Virus record (IMG/VR): IMGVR_UViG_3300029376_000363
Strand: one strand, 5' to 3'
Length of the DNA stretch: 13,902 nt
Source: a virus
Lineage: Duplodnaviria; Heunggongvirae; Uroviricota; Caudoviricetes
A program made the translations under genes and the position numbers. How positions within the stretch are numbered: position 1 is the first letter of the stretch; every line of letters starts with the position of its first letter. Below, in pieces: positions 4,834 through 13,320 of this stretch. Below the pieces are notes generated by a model. It was not told where the DNA came from, did no database searches, and worked only from the letters and a program-made list of their open reading frames with translations.

Positions 4834-7590
4834 TCATTCTTCAGATGAGTTGTAATCTCCTGGCTGGTAATTGAGTACATAAACGTTTATTTGTCGTCCC
4901 TGAATACGTGGTGATTTTCTTTGGTATCCACGACCGCTGTTTGGTGGGGTTAGCATCCCGGCTTTTTTCAACACTTCAGCAAACTGTTTTGCGTTGAAAC
5001 CACATGCGATCTCCTTTTCAAATGTGGCCGGGAATGTGTAGAAAATCATTGGGCTTTCGTCATGTTCTCCACGCTGACGGTATCCGGCTAAATCTTTGAT
5101 GGGCAAATCTGCCGGGCTGTATGGAAATGGAGCAAAACGGCTAAGCCCATAGGCATTAAGAAATGCCTCCGTTTGTTCAATAATCTGCTGATGCTCTTTG
5201 TTACCTGTGCCGAACTCGCGCAACCATGCGTTATAGCTGTGCTGTATCGCATCACGGCATGTCTGAGCATCCCAGCCTGTTACAACCTCGCCTAACAACA
5301 ATGCGGCCTCCAGAATGGCAAATCGCGCGGCTACACGGTGAACCTGCTCACCATAATCGGATGGGATCAGGCTTCTCCATCTGCTTTCGCAATCACGAAC
5401 GGTTTTAATAGCCTGTTGCTGGTGGTCTGCCAGCCATTTAATCCACTCACGCCCGGACGCGCCGTGGTGATGCTGGTAAGCGTCTTTCAGTGCGTCTGCG
5501 TGCTGTTTTCCGTTCTGGTAATCGTGAAAGCGTACTGCTTTACTCAACGGAATATTCAGCAGTCGCACCAGTTGCCCGGCTTTGGTTTTTCGCCCGGAAG
5601 TAGCGATAAATGTTTCTAAATCCATTTCTCCGGTGCTGATTGCCACTGTACGCCAGCGTTTTAGATCCCGGTTTCCACCATCTTTAGCGCCTTGCAGTTT
5701 CCCTACACCGTTAAATAACGCATAGGCAGACTGTGAAACACTGACAGGATCAGCGCCCTGACCAACTTCATCAAGCGGCATTAGTCCGTCATTGTGGGCG
5801 GCAGCTTCATTTGCCAGCCCCAGCGCGGTTCCGTACCACGTCAGCCGCAGTAAATCAGGGTTGCCGTATAAGCTGCTCGCCACGTTTGCCGTGGTGGTCT
5901 TACCTGCGCTCGACTGCTCATAGAAATGAATGCCGAACCCGTCAGCGCCAACCAGCCCAATCAATGGCGCTGCCAGTGCTGCGCCGATCCCGGTCATCAT
6001 TGAATAGTTACCAAAGGCCAGACGCGCCACGTTATCACGCCAGCTTTTCGCGCTCCCTGAGACGGTATATCCGGCTGCGGCTGAGCTTCTCCCGCTGAAC
6101 AGCACAGGATTTTCAGGTGTTCCGATGATTTCCCCATCAGGCATGATGTACGCTCCGCATTGCCAGCCAGTAGCATGAGCAACACGCCACAATTCACGAG
6201 AGCCACTGCGTTGTAGCCAGTCTGCCAGTATTGCTCTGAGGCTGCTTTTGGTCGTGACATTTACCCCACCAGCTTTAAGTGTGCGCCATCCTTCACGTTC
6301 ACCAATATCAGCCAGTGGAATGGCAGCGGTTGTCGGCGTTTCAGAACCAAACGACAGCCAGCGAAGAATGAGATACTGGTCTTTATCGTCTCTGCCAGTA
6401 CCGATAACGCTTAACGGAGAACATAACCAGCTTTCGTTATTGATGATTTCTCCACTCTGGCTGTCAGCTCTCGGAGATACCCAATAAATACCATCCTCGC
6501 GGCTTTCTATTCTTGGTTTCAGTGGGTCGGTATCCATAACCTTAAAATCGCTTCCCTCAATGGTCTGTGGCTCCTGTTTCACGCCATTACCCTGTGGTTG
6601 GTACATTGATTTATTGAACGCTTCTGCGGCGCATTTAATGCCGTGTTTTTGGTGGTAATCATTCCAGTCTGCTTTGTGATCTGTCGGGGGTAATGCCACC
6701 CATCCAGAAACAGATAAAGCTGCTTTTTCTGCTGCTATTCTCCCCGTGTTTTGTCTTCCTTCGCTGTGGTCGTTATCCGCAGCAATGATGATTTGTGCTG
6801 AAGGAAATTTATCCCGCAGTACCTGGGCGACATATAACAGGTTCCCGGCATCAATCGCCGCCACTGTCAGCGCCTCTGGACGCATTAAATGGGCAGATAA
6901 TGCCGTTGCCAGCCCTTCTGCGATTAAGATGCTCTGTGTTGTTTCTGGTGCGTTTATGGCGTGATATGCCCCCCGCTTTGCTGAGCCTGTCAGGAGTCTT
7001 TTTTCACCATGTGAGGTAATAGTCTGTGCTGCTGTGACTGCGCCGGATTTATCCACCAGCGCCAGCAACAGAGATCCATCGGGCAACACGGGGAATGTAA
7101 AATCACCTACCCCTTTCGCAACCAGATAATCAGATTTGCCGTTTACAGCCTTTCTGCGCATGTCATCAAACTGACGGGAAAACGTATCCCGTCTTTGTTG
7201 TTCGTCCTTCTCTGCCCTTTTCAGGCGCTCCTGTTCGCGTCGCTGGCGCTCGGTTTCCAGTTGTTCCCGTTTCTGGCTGGTGGCTTCTGGTGTTTCCGTT
7301 GTCCGGTAATCAATACCCAGAACATCAGCGGCAAGCAGCGCCGCCTCTGTTGTGTCGCAGTTATTTACGCGTTTAATTAAATCCAGCCCATCACCAGCGC
7401 CGCACTGATTACAGATGAAGCTACCGCGCCCGTTGTCATCGAACCGGAATCGATCTTTGCCCCCACATGCAGGGCAGGGAGCATGACGGCGCGGAGAGTC
7501 AGGGACATTTATGTTCAGGCAGCCCAGCACATGAGGCCAGTTGTTTTCAGACGCACTGATAACCTGACGGATAAGATCAATGTTTCGCAT
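4834..7590 (-). CDS. Primase-helicase, phage/plasmid P4-family type (Zn-ribbon + Toprim + P-loop NTPase), 918 aa
   Basis: N-terminal CPACGG...CNQCG zinc ribbon; Toprim-like IAEGLATA and AADNDHS motifs; Walker A SSAGKTTT and Walker B-like LMPLDEV. ATG at 7590 (GTG at 7593 also possible) overlaps the upstream gene end. Confidence 0.9.
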   Translation of the reverse strand: MRNIDLIRQVISASENNWPHVLGCLNINVPDSPRRHAPCPACGGKDRFRFDDNGRGSFICNQCGAGDGLDLIKRVNNCDTTEAALLAADVLGIDYRTTETPEATSQKREQLETERQRREQERLKRAEKDEQQRRDTFSRQFDDMRRKAVNGKSDYLVAKGVGDFTFPVLPDGSLLLALVDKSGAVTAAQTITSHGEKRLLTGSAKRGAYHAINAPETTQSILIAEGLATALSAHLMRPEALTVAAIDAGNLLYVAQVLRDKFPSAQIIIAADNDHSEGRQNTGRIAAEKAALSVSGWVALPPTDHKADWNDYHQKHGIKCAAEAFNKSMYQPQGNGVKQEPQTIEGSDFKVMDTDPLKPRIESREDGIYWVSPRADSQSGEIINNESWLCSPLSVIGTGRDDKDQYLILRWLSFGSETPTTAAIPLADIGEREGWRTLKAGGVNVTTKSSLRAILADWLQRSGSRELWRVAHATGWQCGAYIMPDGEIIGTPENPVLFSGRSSAAAGYTVSGSAKSWRDNVARLAFGNYSMMTGIGAALAAPLIGLVGADGFGIHFYEQSSAGKTTTANVASSLYGNPDLLRLTWYGTALGLANEAAAHNDGLMPLDEVGQGADPVSVSQSAYALFNGVGKLQGAKDGGNRDLKRWRTVAISTGEMDLETFIATSGRKTKAGQLVRLLNIPLSKAVRFHDYQNGKQHADALKDAYQHHHGASGREWIKWLADHQQQAIKTVRDCESRWRSLIPSDYGEQVHRVAARFAILEAALLLGEVVTGWDAQTCRDAIQHSYNAWLREFGTGNKEHQQIIEQTEAFLNAYGLSRFAPFPYSPADLPIKDLAGYRQRGEHDESPMIFYTFPATFEKEIACGFNAKQFAEVLKKAGMLTPPNSGRGYQRKSPRIQGRQINVYVLNYQPGDYNSSEE

Positions 7591-7948
7591 CACCGTACCC
7601 CACGTGGTCTATAGCGTTTGCGATATGGCTAACCAGCATCTGCCACTTGGTTATTCCGTAATCAGTCAGCATGCCATCATTGTTTAGCCACATATCAAAT
7701 TCAGCGGTTGTCGCAAGTTTCCACTTATCGCCGTGGACAGTCCTCATTGCTGGGTACATGAATGCGCAAATCAGATCACAAACATCTGACGGCTTCAGAG
7801 ATGTAGTAATGGTGCGTCCCTCTGGCGTCTGAATTGCCATTTTCTCTTCACCAGTAGAATGAAGGTTATGAATCCACACAGCACCAGCAATCTTTGCCAC
7901 CTGCTCTCCGATTGCGGAGCTAAGCGCCATTTCTGCATTTTCACGCAT
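7577..7948 (-). CDS. Hypothetical protein (123 aa)
   Basis: ATG at 7948 with GGGAGG RBS; overlaps the neighbouring gene's stop. Confidence 0.65.
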   Translation of the reverse strand: MRENAEMALSSAIGEQVAKIAGAVWIHNLHSTGEEKMAIQTPEGRTITTSLKPSDVCDLICAFMYPAMRTVHGDKWKLATTAEFDMWLNNDGMLTDYGITKWQMLVSHIANAIDHVGYGDAKH

Positions 7949-8282
7949 GAGAACCTCCCGCTACAGTTGCGCCCATGTCATTAACCATGCTTTGCCATAT
8001 CTCACGCCCGACGTCAGTCAATCCGTCCTTAGTGACGCAACGCTCAAGAAGCTCGATCCCCACGGTTTCCCACTGCGGGTAGAACACTTTCATGGCTGCC
8101 AGTGTGTAGCTATCGATCAGGCTGCGAACGCCTTTTACTCCATTGACGATTTCCACACGTACGGCCTCGCCGTCCGCATCAACCATGAAATAGTCCCCGC
8201 CGCTGGTGGAGGTAATGTGGTTATACAGTGCCGACGCATACTTATTTGCCAGCGCATTCAGTCGGAAATTTTTAGTAATCAT
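7941..8282 (-). CDS. Hypothetical protein (113 aa)
   Basis: ATG at 8282 with GAGGATGG RBS; in operon with overlapping neighbours. Confidence 0.65.
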   Translation of the reverse strand: MITKNFRLNALANKYASALYNHITSTSGGDYFMVDADGEAVRVEIVNGVKGVRSLIDSYTLAAMKVFYPQWETVGIELLERCVTKDGLTDVGREIWQSMVNDMGATVAGGSHA

Positions 8283-8292
8283 GGTTCCATCC

Positions 8293-8895
8293 TCAGTGCG
8301 TCACTGGTTCCGCTGGCATGCCGTTTTCATTCAGTTCAGCTATAAAGCTGTTGTGAAGTTCAGCAAGCGTTTCACGACCAAATGGAGTCAGTGCTCCTTG
8401 TTCCACATCCATCATGGCTCTGTAGAAAATGATGGCGCGTTCTGTGCCAGACTCGATGCCAAAACGTTCTATCATCGCGCCCTCAATGTTGTTTGCCATA
8501 GCGAGGCGCTCTGCTACTGGATACAGCGGCATGGCGACGATGCCGTTGGAATAAACAGCCACTTCGGAAGGATTGCCAGTATCATCAATGATGCTGACAG
8601 TGCCGTTTTCCTCTCTCATTTCCAGCATGAATACTGTTGCGATCAGCCATCTCCACATAATGACGTTATGCTGTGATGTGTAATCGAAATATCCCTGGTT
8701 GCCGCCATCGGCAATAGCGAGATGTATTGACATACCTTCATCTGGTTTATCGTCATAATCCCCGGCATCCAGACGATTTACGGCATCAATATATGAGACG
8801 GCCTCAACGCGTTCTGTCATGCCATCGTTGCTGCGGTACATGATGTTTACGCCGTCAGGCGTTGCTTCTGCATGGAAAGTTAAGAAATTATTCAT
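8293..8895 (-). CDS. Hypothetical protein (200 aa)
   Basis: ATG at 8895 overlapping the upstream stop (ATGAATAA); the longer track ORF to 9000 would overlap the upstream gene and was trimmed. Confidence 0.65.
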   Translation of the reverse strand: MNNFLTFHAEATPDGVNIMYRSNDGMTERVEAVSYIDAVNRLDAGDYDDKPDEGMSIHLAIADGGNQGYFDYTSQHNVIMWRWLIATVFMLEMREENGTVSIIDDTGNPSEVAVYSNGIVAMPLYPVAERLAMANNIEGAMIERFGIESGTERAIIFYRAMMDVEQGALTPFGRETLAELHNSFIAELNENGMPAEPVTH

Positions 8896-9109
8896 GTTTC
8901 GCCTCGCCTGAATGATTCTGTAACTCATATTTGCCCAACAATTCGTCCGCTTCCTGAATAGCTTCTGGTACGCCATTGAGCAGTGACATAACCGCGCCAA
9001 TCATTAACTTGTCTCTGTTGCTGGGGCTGGCCCCTTCAAGCCAGAACCCTAAAACAGTCTGAACCTGTTCGATGCGACATTGCGCTTCAATGAGCTGGAT
9101 GTTGGTCAT
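8888..9109 (-). CDS. Hypothetical protein (73 aa)
   Basis: ATG at 9109 with GGAGAG RBS; ATGA overlap with the upstream stop. Confidence 0.6.
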   Translation of the reverse strand: MTNIQLIEAQCRIEQVQTVLGFWLEGASPSNRDKLMIGAVMSLLNGVPEAIQEADELLGKYELQNHSGEAKHE

Positions 9110-9369
9110 TTCGCACTCTCCACATCGATTAAACCGATATCTATCAGGGAGGTAACTTTTTGTAGCCAGCTATTGATTACTGTCGCCTGTTCCCCTCCCA
9201 CCGAGGGAACAATCTCATTCATCACATGAACCAGACCTGTGCGCGCTCTGGTAAGCCGTTCAGTCGCGCAATCTGCAGGAGTGAATGTGTCTGGATATGG
9301 CTCTTCACGCCCCAGCAATGATTCAATTTCCAGCTCACACGGATGACGATAAATTAAGTTGATATTCAT
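9106..9369 (-). CDS. Hypothetical protein (87 aa)
   Basis: ATG at 9369, ATGA overlap with the upstream stop, GGGGTG RBS. Confidence 0.6.
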   Translation of the reverse strand: MNINLIYRHPCELEIESLLGREEPYPDTFTPADCATERLTRARTGLVHVMNEIVPSVGGEQATVINSWLQKVTSLIDIGLIDVESAK

Positions 9370-9560
9370 TTTTCACCCCCAAGAATTACCAGCTCGGCAC
9401 GGGCATCGTTAACCAAAGATGAGCACGCTTTAATCGCATCCACGACATCAGCAGCGTCCATTTCTTCAGCTGAAAGACTGACAGCAACCAGGACAGCCGC
9501 TGCTTGCTCGATTAATTGAAGTGCGGACGTAAGGCGAGGGGTATTAATTGAGTTATTCAT
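9366..9560 (-). CDS. Hypothetical protein (64 aa)
   Basis: Internal ATG at 9560 (MNNSINTPRL...) overlapping the upstream stop; the track's longer N-terminal extension would overlap the upstream gene. Confidence 0.55.
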   Translation of the reverse strand: MNNSINTPRLTSALQLIEQAAAVLVAVSLSAEEMDAADVVDAIKACSSLVNDARAELVILGGEK

Positions 9561-9771
9561 TGGTTGCCCCCGTTTTTCCTGGCATTTCGCCACCTTCCAG
9601 CAGGAAATGAACGTCACGAACGGCGAGATCCAATATCGCGAGTAACGCCTTCAGTCTTTCGTCTCGTGAGGGAGAGTTGCTCACCAGAATGTCGTTAATC
9701 ACTTCTGTCAGTGTGATGATCTGGCTTGTGCGTTCGAGGGGATCCATATGCACATCGTAGGTTTTAATCAT
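9553..9771 (-). CDS. Hypothetical protein (72 aa)
   Basis: ATG at 9771 with GGAGGTGG RBS; start overlaps the stop of the 64-aa gene. Confidence 0.6.
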   Translation of the reverse strand: MIKTYDVHMDPLERTSQIITLTEVINDILVSNSPSRDERLKALLAILDLAVRDVHFLLEGGEMPGKTGATNE

Positions 9772-9958
9772 GTGCCACCTCCATGCGGATACGACCAGCA
9801 AAAAAGCAGATGTGATCGCGCACCAGAGAACGGCGAGCATCGCGTTCAGACTCGGCAGCAATATGATGAATTTTGGCGGTAATTGTCGGGCAATCGCGGC
9901 GAACTGCGGCGATAATCCAGATAAATTGCGGTTTTTGGGTAGGGGTAGTAGCCAGCAT
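9764..9958 (-). CDS. Hypothetical protein (64 aa)
   Basis: ATG at 9958 preceded by AGGAGG with 6-nt spacer. Codon usage in this frame is good (CTG, CGC, GCC) while the overlapping long-ORF frame here uses rare CTA/CCC codons. Confidence 0.5.
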   Translation of the reverse strand: MLATTPTQKPQFIWIIAAVRRDCPTITAKIHHIAAESERDARRSLVRDHICFFAGRIRMEVAHD

Positions 9959-9960
9959 GT

Positions 9961-10620
9961 GGCAGCCTCCTTGTACTGGGAATTCTTCCCACCACCGGAG
10001 CTGCGAAACTCGCTGGTGGTGGACTGAACAGAGTTCGCAGTACCGGCGTACAAGGAAACCGGCCAGCCTTTCGGCTGCCCTGTCCAGCCCACCATAATTT
10101 TGCAAGCGACGCGGATTATAACCACATCACTGAAAAAAGTGTGAGTCTGGCTAACGGCACAAAAAAAGACGCTCGGCGCGTCATGTGTCGCCTCGTACAT
10201 TTCCGGGCTGCGAAACCCGGCACCCGTTTTATGAGGTGCCTTATAACCATAAACCGTGTTGCCGCATAACGGCAAGCTCTTTTTTATGGACTCCGAAAAC
10301 TCACTATTGGAAGCACCAGATGCACAATACATCGCGCTCATTTCGTTAACGTCGCGCGTGTGGACGAAGGTTTTTGTGGAGTCACTACGCGAGCAGAGAA
10401 AGCCATCTACGACCAGAAATTCTCTGGCGCAGCCGCCGACCTTCTCAACGCTAACACCATCGACCGTAATTTCTGACATAGTTAAGGCATCCGCTCCTAC
10501 CACCAGAAAATGATAAACTTTGCTTGTATCTGCTGTATTAATGCCAGACTTTGCTGTCATATTGCTGGATTTTGGCGACATACCAGCCAGTGAAAATATC
10601 TTCTTCTGGACGGTTAGCAT
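9961..10620 (-). CDS. Hypothetical protein, 3' end unresolved (at least about 220 codons; no in-frame stop before the next gene)
   Basis: ATG at 10620 with GGAGG RBS, overlapping the upstream stop. The frame stays open to 9553, but coding quality switches to another frame near 9958. Possible frameshift, sequencing error or pseudogene. Confidence 0.45.
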
Positions 10621-10796
10621 TTGTTAACCTCCGCGAACTCCTTCATGAAGTGCGCCGGCGGTTGTACGCATGGCGATTGATACCCGTCGCGATAAAACGT
10701 CACTCGGTTGTGAGACACGCTTTCGACAGTAACGAGTGCTCCGTGGGCATCTTTGTAGCGTTTTTGAGGTTGTGGTGTTCCTGTCGGCTTAAACAT
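10614..10796 (-). CDS. Small hypothetical protein (60 aa)
   Basis: ATG at 10796 with GGAGG RBS, overlapping the stop of the antirepressor-like gene (MFKPTGTPQPQKRYKDAHG...). Confidence 0.55.
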   Translation of the reverse strand: MFKPTGTPQPQKRYKDAHGALVTVESVSHNRVTFYRDGYQSPCVQPPAHFMKEFAEVNKC

Positions 10797-11620
10797 GGAC
10801 CGCCTCCAGACGCTTGGCGAGCCAGCGTTGCGACAGGCGGGTGAGTTCTCCTTTGCGCTGCTCATATTCCATGCCCATATCAATTAACGTGATATTGGTG
10901 CTTTCGAGATATGAGAGGTGCTCAAGCTGTTCTGCGTTCATATGGTCGCGAGGTTCGCCAGAATAGCCATTTATCCGCGCCCACTGCTNNNNNNNNNNCT
11001 CCAAGAACGATACGAGAAATCATATTGCTCTCGTTTGTGTAGTGGTGTTGATGCGTCGTTTTCCCCTGCTCGGCACGGGCCATATTCAGCGCATCGCACA
11101 TTGGCTTAAAGTTGTTTGCGGCACTGATACGGGCTTTTAGCTGGCGACGATAGCGGGCGGCGATTTCAGGCACGCTACGCTGTAATTCTTCCTCGCACTG
11201 GATGAAATAACGACGGATAGCGCGACCCTGATCATTGCGTTCGATCATTGCCAGTTCTTTCGCCATTCCGACACTTAACAGATAGTCTTTGCCGGGTCTG
11301 CCAGACTGCTTAATCTTGCTGTAAGCCGCGCCATTCGGGCTTTTCCCCAAATTTGGGGAAATTGTTTTATGGACTGAGTAATCGTGCCCAATGGTGAAGT
11401 CATATTCAGAGATGCGATCAGTGATCCATGTAGAGAAGTCTTTTCCCACGCCCAACGCTTTGTGTAACGCTTTTGCGCTAACAATATTGGTTTCACGCCC
11501 ACCGATGTGACCAGGAATAACCGGGACAATTGCGGCAAATTCATTACCGTTAATTGTGCCCAGAGAGGCGTTCAGATGAGGGGCGGCCTCAGAAATTAAT
11601 CTGCTTTTTTCGATGTTCAT
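10789..11620 (-). CDS. Phage antirepressor-like regulatory protein (AntA/Rha-like), interrupted by an assembly gap
   Basis: ATG at 11620 with GGAGA RBS. Motifs SAKALHKALGVGKDFSTWITDRI and DYLLSVGMAKELAMIERNDQGRAIRRYF resemble antirepressor N-domains (from memory). The frame changes across the N10 gap; the post-gap frame ending at 10789 has good codon usage and couples to the next gene. Confidence 0.55.
10989..10998. other. Assembly gap (run of 10 N)
   Basis: Ten consecutive n characters in the sequence; true length unknown. Confidence 0.95.
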
Positions 11621-11632
11621 TTTCAGTCTCCG

Positions 11633-12064
11633 TTAGGCGGCGTTAAACGCGTCCGGGTAGAGTTTCAGAATGTCGGCAATTTCCTGCTGAGAAAGTCCGT
11701 TGTGATCATTTATGTTCGCAAGATGGTTAATATGAGTGATCACTTTCAGAACATCACCGCGGCAGGAGAAACGGTAGCGAAGGTGTGTTCCGATACCATC
11801 AGGATTCTTTTCGTCGATACGCTCCAGAGTGATTCCAAGCTGGCGTTCTAACTCTGTTGCATAGTTACGACCAGAAGACAGACGGCAGTAGCGAAGAATG
11901 TCATTTTCTGTCCATCCCTCTATACCAGTACGCAGCATATAGACTCTGGCACGATGCTTTTTCGGTGTGCGCTTTGGTGCTTGAAGGGATTTTGTAAGGG
12001 GCGTAACATCAGATACGCGAATATCTGAATTAGCCGCCTGTAATGGGCGGTTTTTCTTTTCCAT
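11633..12064 (-). CDS. Hypothetical protein (143 aa)
   Basis: ATG at 12064 overlapping the AlpA-like stop (ATGA); basic N-terminus; no motif recognised. Confidence 0.7.
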   Translation of the reverse strand: MEKKNRPLQAANSDIRVSDVTPLTKSLQAPKRTPKKHRARVYMLRTGIEGWTENDILRYCRLSSGRNYATELERQLGITLERIDEKNPDGIGTHLRYRFSCRGDVLKVITHINHLANINDHNGLSQQEIADILKLYPDAFNAA

Positions 12065-12267
12065 CAGGCCACCTTCCCGCGGCGTTCTGCCAGCCAGTTG
12101 TGAATCTCAACCGCATCAAACGCAGTTATTTTTTCTCCCAGCTTTACCGGACGTGGTAGTGAACCGTTTCTTACTTTACGGTCGATGGTGGATACACTAA
12201 CGCCCAGCAATTCAGCCAGGCGAAAGCGTCTGATATAGCCTTTTGTAGGAATCGTGTCGGTGTTCAT
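12064..12267 (-). CDS. alpA: AlpA-family phage transcriptional regulator / excisionase-like HTH protein (67 aa)
   Basis: LAELLGVSVSTIDRKVRNGSLPRPVKLGEKITAFDAVEIHNWL matches the AlpA-type HTH pattern (recalled); typical position near a P4-type integrase. Confidence 0.8.
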   Translation of the reverse strand: MNTDTIPTKGYIRRFRLAELLGVSVSTIDRKVRNGSLPRPVKLGEKITAFDAVEIHNWLAERRGKVA

Positions 12268-12271
12268 GCTT

Positions 12272-12386
12272 CCCGTAACCTCTTAGCGATAGTTGTTGCT
12301 TCGTTACGGGTATTTAATGGTGTGCATGCTCAAAAGTGAATTACAGTAAATTTTATTGTCACGATACTAAATTTTATTATCATGAT
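12272..12386. promoter_or_regulatory. Repeat-rich control region upstream of the AlpA-like gene
   Basis: Inverted repeat CCCGTAAC (12272-12279) / GTTACGGG (12303-12310). Two 18-bp direct repeats AAATTTTATTGTCACGAT (12348-12365) and AAATTTTATTATCATGAT (12369-12386) with 21-bp phasing; the second overlaps the stop codon of the cargo gene. Confidence 0.35.
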
Positions 12387-13225
12387 TTCTTCTTTCCTGC
12401 CGTGGTACGTTTTTCCGGCAATCTGTCCATGTCAGATATGATCTTCTTTAAATAATCTGTAGATGGTTCATCATAATCGCCACCCACATGTGGCCAGTGG
12501 TCTATCGTAGCGTTTGCCCACGCTTCGTTGGTTTCTTTCCCGTTTTTCCCTTTGCACTCTTCCGGATAGTGCCGTTTCACATAAATCAACGCCATAATGC
12601 TATTCTCACGGTTCAGGCTATGTCGTGCTCTATTTCCATGCTCTATGTTTTTAAATTCCTTTTCATAAAGATCGTGTGAACCCAAATGGAGTATGCTGGG
12701 TATTGGCTGATTTTTATCCATGCTTTCAGCTATATATTCAACCCACGGTCTTGATATATACAAATCTTCCACAGACGATACGGTGGTATCATGTTCGCGA
12801 AAATCGTAGAAAAAGTAACGTCCTGATGTGATATCTAGTTCTTTTTTTATATATGCTGGTGAGAATATGAGTGGAATGTCAGGGGCTCTCTTAACCCCTG
12901 CAAGGGAAGCAATGAAATCACTAGGAACGTGCCATAATCCACTTGCTAAGCACTTCATACCATCGAAAATACCTTCATTTAGATATCTTTCGGTATCTTC
13001 TCTAGTAGAAATAATAGAACCAAATAATAAGTTTTCTATGTCTTTGCTGCCGTGGTCTGGTGGCAAGTTTCCCGCTTGATAGAGTACGCCTTCATACTGG
13101 CGAATTATTGTGCTCAAAAATATAGAGCCTGATACTCCCATAAGTAGAAGATCATCGACTTCTATTTCTAATAAATTTGCTGCTCTATTAAGTCGGAAAA
13201 AGAGATTTGGTGGTAGTTTTTTCAT
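12380..13225 (-). CDS. Hypothetical cargo protein (281 aa), AT-rich, no recognisable domain
   Basis: ATG at 13225 with AAAGGTGA RBS. About 34-40% GC against about 50% in flanking genes; uses rare codons (ATA, AGA, CTA). Sits between integrase and the AlpA-like gene. Confidence 0.7.
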   Translation of the reverse strand: MKKLPPNLFFRLNRAANLLEIEVDDLLLMGVSGSIFLSTIIRQYEGVLYQAGNLPPDHGSKDIENLLFGSIISTREDTERYLNEGIFDGMKCLASGLWHVPSDFIASLAGVKRAPDIPLIFSPAYIKKELDITSGRYFFYDFREHDTTVSSVEDLYISRPWVEYIAESMDKNQPIPSILHLGSHDLYEKEFKNIEHGNRARHSLNRENSIMALIYVKRHYPEECKGKNGKETNEAWANATIDHWPHVGGDYDEPSTDYLKKIISDMDRLPEKRTTAGKKKS

Positions 13226-13257
13226 TGCGTCACCTTTTACGCTGCGCCTTATTTTGT

Positions 13258-13313
13258 GATTGAGCCAGGCGGTAAGGCTTCCCGCTTTTCGCCCCGTCGA
13301 GCTAGGCTCAATC
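13258..13313. promoter_or_regulatory. 9-bp inverted repeat between the integrase 3' end and the cargo gene start
   Basis: GATTGAGCC (13258-13266) and GGCTCAATC (13305-13313), perfect, 38 bp apart. Confidence 0.3.
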
Positions 13314-13320
13314 TATTCAG

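Noticed and set aside
5811-6098. Several 60-95-aa + strand ORFs inside the primase gene region (5226-7380)
   Set aside because: Antisense to a high-confidence 918-aa coding region; Arg/Ser-rich shadow ORFs.
7947-8676. 132-aa and 156-aa + strand ORFs
   Set aside because: Antisense to the coupled minus-strand small-gene operon; no RBS.
9553-10620. Single 355-aa protein as given by the ORF track
   Set aside because: Internal strong RBS-ATG pairs at 9958 and 9771 and a codon-usage switch indicate at least three genes; see the frame-anomaly finding.
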